This document shows positions 14,690 to 64,000 of a DNA stretch of 64,000 bases, piece by piece; position 1 is the first letter of the stretch, and every line of letters starts with the position of its first letter. The stretch covers positions 8,866,001 to 8,930,000 of the forward strand of contig OZ024758.1 of NCBI GenBank assembly GCA_964016885.1, in the 5' to 3' direction. Source of the DNA: Eledone cirrhosa (taxonomy: Eukaryota). The notes beneath the pieces are model-generated. The model ran no database searches and was not told the DNA's origin. It saw only the letters and a list, made by a program, of their open reading frames with translations. A program made the translations under genes and the position numbers.

Positions 14690-14897
14690 AAGCACACGGC
14701 TTAGTGGTTAGAGCGTTGGGCTTAAAATCAGGAGGTTGTGAGCTCAATTCTTGGACCAGGTGATGTGTTGTGTCTTTGAGCAAGACACTTTATTTCACAG
14801 TGCCCCAGTTTACTCAGCTCTAGAAATGAGTTGCAACGTCACTAGTGCCAAGATGTAACAGCCATTGCCTTTCCCTTGGACAACATTGGTAGCACGG
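14690..14897 (+). mobile_element. SINE family B
   Basis: GGCTTAGTGGTTAGAGCG..TTGAGCAAGACACTTTATTTCAC. Confidence 0.75.
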
Positions 14898-15679
14898 ATG
14901 TTTATGCAGGTGTGGTGAGCCACATATATTCTAGCCATTAGAAAAAAACAAAAAGAATGTTTCACCTTTGAAAGAGGAAGAAGAGAGAAGATTTCTGTCT
15001 GTCTACAGGTACTATGATACAGTAGACCTGTACTTGATATGAAAGGTACATATTATACAGTCAGTTAGTCTACACTAAATTTGTAAAGTTCATCTGCTGG
15101 AGATACTGCACACTAATTAGTATTGTACATCCTCATTGGTTACTGACAGTAACTGATGAGTACTTTCCTGTCTGAAGCTAAGAGTTGCTCCAAGCTATTC
15201 CTATCATGTACACATTAAAACCTAACGGAACTATTATTCATCCCTCCCTTATTTACTGAAATATTTGGTCATCAAAGCTCAACCTACTTTTACAGTAGTT
15301 TTTTAAAGTTTATTTTACTGTGTCATAATAATGATTTCTTACACAGGCACAAGGTGAATTTATCTTCATTCAGGATTCTAGAGTATAAAAGGTGTTTATT
15401 TCATCAGCAGTAGGCAGTGTCAATAGTCCCCTGTTAGAAGAGTAATTTGCAGGCAGGCTTTGTAATCTGCACAATGAGGTTCTAATTGTAAAACTTCCAT
15501 TATGATATTCTAATGTAGTAGTATTAGTAGTAGTGGTGGTGGTGATGGTGGTGGTGGTAGTGGGCGTGGTAGCAGTGGCTGTAGGGATAATGCAGCAATG
15601 ATGTGGTGGTGGTAGTGACAGTGGTGGCAGGGGGTGGTAGCAGTGGCTGTCAATGATGCAGTGGTGGTGGTGGTGGCAG

Positions 15680-16793
15680 TAGCTGTGACAACAGTGGTAA
15701 TGGTAGTGGCTGTGACGGTAGTGTTAGTGGTGGTAGTAGCTGTGACGGTAGTGATAGTGGTAGTGGTGGTAGTGGCTGTGACAACAGTGGTAGTGGTGGT
15801 AGTAGCTGTGACAACAGTGGTAGTGGTGGTAGTAGCTGTGACAACAGTGGTAGTGGTGGTAGTAGCTGTGACAACAGTGGTAGTGGTGGTAGTAGCTGTG
15901 ACGGTAGTGATAGTGGTAGTGGTGGTAGTAGCTGTGACAACAGTGGTAGTGGTGGTAGTAGCTGTGACAACAGTGGTAGTGGTGGTAGTAGCTGTGACGG
16001 TAGTGATAGTGGTAGTGGTGGTAGTGGCTGTGACAACAGTGGTAGTGGTGGTAGTAGCTGTGACGGTAGTGATAGTGGTAGTGGTGGTAGTAGCTGTGAC
16101 AACAGTGGTAGTGGTGGTAGTAGCTGTGACGGTAGTGATAGTGGTAGTGGTGGTAGTGGCTGTGACAACAGTGGTAGTGGTGGTAGTAGCTGTGACGGTA
16201 GTGATAGTGGTAGTGGTGGTAGTAGCTGTGACAACAGTGGTAGTGGTGGTAGTAGCTGTGACAACAGTGGTAGTGGTGGTAGTAGCTGTGACAACAGTGG
16301 TAGTGGTAGTAGTAGCTGTGACGGTAGTGATAGTGGTAGTGGTGGTAGTAGCTGTGACAACAGTGGTAGTGGTGGTAGTAGCTGTGACAACAGTGGTAGT
16401 AGTGGTAGTAGCTGTGACAACAGTGGTAGTAGTGGTAGTAGCTGTGACAGTGGTAGTGGTGGTAGTAGCTGTGACAACAGTGGTAGTGGTGGTAGTAGCT
16501 GTGACAACAGTGGTAGTGGTGGTAGTAGCTGTGACAACAGTGGTAGTAGTGGTAGTAGCTGTGACAACAGTGGTAGTAGTGGTAGTAGCTGTGACAGTGG
16601 TAGTGGTGGTAGTAGCTGTGACAACAGTGGTAGTGGTGGTAGTAGCTGTGACAACAGTGGTAGTGGTGGTAGTAGCTGTGACAACAGTGGTAGTGGTGGT
16701 AGTAGCTGTGACAACAGTGGTAGTGGTGGTAGTAGCTGTGACAACAGTGGTAGTGGTGGTAGTAGCTGTGACAACAGTGGTAGTAGTGGTAGC
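15680..16793. repeat. 30-bp minisatellite (with 27- and 36-bp variants), about 35 units
   Basis: Unit GCTGTGACAACAGTGGTAGTGGTGGTAGTA. Confidence 0.95.
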
Positions 16794-16829
16794 TTGAGAA
16801 AGCTGATGCCAATTGTGCAAGAAACAGTA

Positions 16830-17020
16830 ATAATTGTTTCTACTTTTTGGCACAAGGCCAGCAATTACCCAGTGCATTACTGGTACTTTATTTTATCGAC
16901 CCCATAAGGATGAAAGGTAAAGTTAACCTCGGCGGGATTTGAACTCAGAATGGCAAGGGCCGTAACTCTATGCGTCAAAGCATGGCGTCCGACCCCTACC
17001 GATACTGCCAATCCACTGCC
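16830..17020 (-). mobile_element. SINE family A, full length
   Basis: Near-identical to 8933-9123. Confidence 0.85.
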
Positions 17021-17641
17021 GTAATAATGGTAACAGATGAGATATACTCTCATTATATTCTATTTGATAACCAAGTAAGATATTTCACTCAATACTAAAA
17101 GAAAATGAAAAGAAAGGAACTATTTTTTTACATATTGGCTGTTGATTATTAGAATCGGTAGAGAGCATCCTACAATTACCCAAGCAATATTTGGTTACAA
17201 TCAGCATCCACTCAGATCAATAACTCACCACCTTCTCAGGTCAATAACATAAGAGCTACGATCAATATAATAAATTAAACCCGGTCGGTTATCTCTCTAT
17301 TTGTTCCCCACTCTCATAGACCTTCACCCCATCTTTATTAAATAAACATTTTTCATGAATTCCGTAGTTGTTCTCGTCTGGCAGGTAACTTGATTTGAGA
17401 TTGGATATTGAAACTAAATCAATTACTGAATGGAAGAGTTATTTTAGCCATCCAAGAGCCCATGCAAATTGTTAAATTCACTTTACAATAATATATTTCT
17501 TGATGATGTGATCACTGACAGTTCCACCATGTCACAAGTGGGACAATGACAATTTGGATAAAAAAAATAAATAAATGATAAAGTAATGTGAATTTAAGTT
17601 TTCATATTTTTGAATGGCTAACATGACTCTTCCACAATGTA

Positions 17642-17683
<42 letters not shown>

Positions 17684-17689
17684 GTAATA

Positions 17690-17906
17690 ATAATAAATGC
17701 GAAGACTAAAATCCAAAGAGGGCTCGATAAGGATAAATATATATCAAATATATAAGAACCATAGAGCAAATATTTATTAAGATAGCAGATTAAAGTTTAA
17801 GCAAAGAATTGCTGCTTTTACCCTTAACGGGATCTTCAGAAGATCCCGTTAAGAGTGAAAGCAGCGACTCTTTGCTTAAACTTTAATCTGTTATTTTAAT
17901 AAATAT
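17690..17906. mobile_element. Element ending in a 137-bp palindrome centred on a CTGAAGA hammerhead-like core (Penelope-like candidate)
   Basis: Arms 17770-17837 and 17839-17906 with 6 transition mismatches; second copy at 40370-40550. Confidence 0.6.
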
Positions 17907-18141
17907 ATATATATATAGAAAGTGAGGTTTTTTTACAAAATAAAAAAAAAAATGAGGTGTCCTACACGAGTGAAAGTATAAGGAAAAAAGATGAAATCGA
18001 AAATGTAACTGGAGTCTTTTTTTATAAAAATATATATTTATTTGGTTCCTTTACCGGTTTCGCAGTTCTTCTGCTTTTCAAAAGTAGAATTGAGATGGAG
18101 GGTCTGTGGTTTTTCTCACATCTCACATATATATATATTCT

Positions 18142-18184
<43 letters not shown>

Positions 18185-18185
<1 letters not shown>

Positions 18186-18373
18186 AACATACTCCAATAT
18201 AAGTAGAGGAATATGTAACCAAAAAATCAATGGTGGAAGGGGGTTAGCTTATATTTGGGGTCAATATTTTGACAATTTTCACCAACTTCAAATTCTATGT
18301 AAATAAGGTTTGGATTTTTGCCCATTTCTCAGACATAAAACAGTGAAGTCAGCTTACATCTGAGTAGATACGG
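18185..18373. mobile_element. Tc2/pogo-like MITE, degraded
   Basis: Homologous to 59616-59809; ends TGAGTAGATACGG-TA. Confidence 0.6.
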
Positions 18374-18825
18374 TAATTGCTGATTTTCTATGAATACTTT
18401 TCACTTAATTATCTTTTAATAGCTTTCTTATTGTGCTCGGTCTTTTCTCACATTCTTTTTACTTTGTTTTCCTCTTCTCTCAACTAGAAGAGAGACACAC
18501 ACACATGCATGCACACTTTCTATCTTTCTCTCTCCAAATAACAATATATATCTAGCTGAGACAGACACACAGACACATTCTCTTTATCTATCTATCTATA
18601 CTGTATTTGTCCCCTTCTTTTGTGCCCCTGTGGCTAATAAAGAAACATCTATCTATACTGTGATTATTTTATATCTGAGATTGTATTTTATGTGCAAGTA
18701 GTAGATATGTGAATGTGTTTCAGCAGATGGGTTTGTATGCATGGACACGTGTGTAGTGTTACTCCTTAATTTCATATGGCTTCGTCTTGTGACAATTAGA
18801 TGAATGCACCAACTACACGTGGACA

Positions 18826-18888
<63 letters not shown>

Positions 18889-19409
18889 CAGTATGTATAC
18901 GTACATACATATATGTATACAGACGTACAGTAGTATGTATATATATATATATATATACAAACATGCACACATATATATATATATGTACATATGAGTTTAC
19001 CGAACATTTATTATAATGTTCGGTTTGTTTGTAAACAAACAGCCCGAATTAAGCCGTACAGTGTTCAGCAACCAGTGTTCGCCCTTTTGTTCAACACTGA
19101 CAAAGGAACGATGAACGAGTTTCAAGCTTATTAGCTATTGTCAGCATCGTATACCTTCCTGTCAGATGATTGAACGTCTGAAAGTATATACTTTCCTTAT
19201 GCATATTAGGAAGACCTGCCTAACCCATGGATGCTAAACTGATTATATATATATATATATATATAATCATCAGTTTAGCATCCATGGGTTAGACAAGTCT
19301 TCCACGCCGGGAAGGCAAGTCTGGCAAGAGTTGGCCACGCCGTACCTTACTGCATTAAAGACTGTAAACTTGGCCAGGTATTTTACAGCTGGATGCCCTT
19401 CCTAACTCG

Positions 19410-19652
19410 TGCACTGTTCATTTTCCTGATGTTTGTGCATTGCCCTATGTACTGTACATGCACTTTTTGATGAGTTGTGGTGCACCTGGGCACTGTACAC
19501 AATATTTCATTATTATTATTATTATTATTATATCATGACTCATACACTGTTCATTTTCCTGACATTTGTACATTATTCTATGTACTATACATGCACCTTT
19601 GATGAGTTGTAGTGCACCTGAACACTGTACACAATAATTTCATTATTATTAT
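19410..19652 (+). mobile_element. Dimeric element with (ATT)n tails
   Basis: Two related monomers of about 115-125 bp; nearly identical to 44311-44551. Confidence 0.75.
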
Positions 19653-19739
19653 TTAACACCAATCACATTTACAGTGTGGAAGTGGAGGGATCTGTTATGA
19701 GGAAGAACAGGCCAGTTGGCTGCACCGAACCCGTCTCAT

Positions 19740-20110
19740 AGTGGATCATAGTTCTCTAACCTGGTACTGGATGGCACCAATAGCAGGAGCCTAACCCATC
19801 TCACAGCGGAACCATAGTTTTGGGGCCTGGTACTGGATAGCACCAATAGCAGGAGCCTAACCCATCTCACAGCGGAACCATAGTTTTGGGGCCTGGTACT
19901 GGATGGCACCAATAGCAGGAGCCTAACCCATCTCACAGCGGAACCATAGTTTTGGGGCCTGGTACTGGATGGCACCAATAGCAGGAGCCTAACCCATCTC
20001 ACAGCGGAACCATAGTTTTGGGGCCTGGTACTGGATGGCACCAATAGCAGGAGCCTAACCCATCTCACAGCGGAACCATAGTTTTGGGGCCTGGTACTGG
20101 ATAGCACCGC
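19740..20110. repeat. 66-bp GC-rich tandem repeat, about 5.5 copies
   Basis: Unit CCTGGTACTGGATGGCACCAATAGCAGGAGCCTAACCCATCTCACAGCGGAACCATAGTTTTGGGG. Confidence 0.95.
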
Positions 20111-20508
20111 TATAAGGAGGGACAGGTGCAGAACCTGTTTGTGAACCTGGTACTGAATGGCACCACTATGTGCTGGGACAGGCCAGTTGGCCTTGCCGAA
20201 TCTGTCTCACAGCGTAACCACAGTTTTGGGGCCTGGTACTGGATGCTGCTGCTATGAGCAGGGACACCTAGATTGAGGATCCACTGTGTGGCTCCCAAGT
20301 CCAGAATGTGGCCACATTGTGAGAGGGTTCGGTGCAGTCAATTGGCCTGCCCCTCCGGATAGTGCTGCCATCCAGCGCCAGGTTCCCAAATTGTATATGT
20401 ATATACCTGTATAGTAAATAGGAGTGGGTTTAAACACTTGTTTGTTACTAAGTGAATGAAAGCCTAACGTGTTAATCACTTTATATCATCATCATTTTAC
20501 ATCCGCTT

Positions 20509-20557
<49 letters not shown>

Positions 20558-20717
20558 GACCCATGCTAGCATGGAAGATGGACATTAAACGATGATGACG
20601 ATATATATATATATATATATATAAAACATATATAAAACATTACAAACATACAATACTTAGAAGAGTCCATAAAGAGTTTATGACAAATCTGTTAAGATGC
20701 TAAATTACACCACTTAC

Positions 20718-63560
<42,843 letters not shown>

Positions 63561-63659
63561 CTGTAAAATAAAATATGGTGGTTAATCTCAGGATAAGATG
63601 GTATTAAAATCATCAAATTTTTGCCTTTATATTCTTGTGAAATCAATGTTGTTTGATAG

Positions 63660-63826
63660 CATACACATACAAGTACACCAACACACATACAAGTACACCA
63701 ACACACATACAGGTACACCAACACACATACAGGTACACCAACACACATACAGGTACACCAACACACATACAGGTACACCAACACACATACAGGTACACCA
63801 ACACACATACAGGTACACCAACACAC
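63660..63826. repeat. 20-bp minisatellite, about 8 copies
   Basis: Unit ACACACATACAGGTACACCA. Confidence 0.95.
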
Positions 63827-64000
63827 TATTCATGAGTCATTTAATATCTTATAAAGAGGTAAACAAAAAGATTCTATGACTTTCATGAATTTCTCAGAAC
63901 AGTTTTTTTGTCATCAACTCTAATGTATTTTATGTAATCTACAACTGTATTTCTCTCTCTCTCTCTCTCTGTATATATATATATATATATGTATGTATAG

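Noticed and set aside
15131-15180. CTGATGAG motif with an adjacent short hairpin
   Set aside because: No stem II or GAAA partner, so not a hammerhead; the hairpin is too short for a pre-miRNA.
15510-16877. 455-aa Thr-rich mucin-like ORF and overlapping 360-400-aa ORFs
   Set aside because: Produced by a 30-bp minisatellite that is open in four frames; the ORF starts inside a SINE and has no splice or domain evidence.
19085-19177. Acceptor plus 28-codon frame as a possible MORC2 last exon
   Set aside because: TFNHLTGRY..CQC* shows no similarity to the acidic MORC2 C-terminus.

Overview
AT-rich, microsatellite-dense animal genomic DNA. The repeat landscape (tRNA-derived SINEs with (ATT)n tails, RTE LINE debris with (GAT)n tails, abundant (TA)n/(CA)n/(CAC)n) suggests a coleoid cephalopod, probably Octopus; this is an inference. 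The main feature is the 3' part of a minus-strand MORC2 gene, assembled by hand from 15 GT-AG exons between 63560 and 20718 (2078 nt, all splice phases compatible). It encodes the end of the GHKL/S5 module, the CW zinc finger, a coiled coil, a long charged linker, the chromo-like domain and the C-terminal CLRYFLPP coiled coil, and includes 25-, 31-, 39- and 43-nt micro-exons. The 5' exons lie beyond the right edge, and no convincing terminal exon was found. The introns hold RTE LINE fragments, at least three short-retroposon families, hAT, mariner, Tc2/pogo-like and TTAA (piggyBac-like) MITEs, many minisatellites including a 3.5-kb array that is G-rich on the transcript strand, Penelope-type minimal hammerhead ribozyme motifs, and recurrent elements with long fold-back palindromes. 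Almost all ORFs in the supplied track are simple-repeat artefacts.
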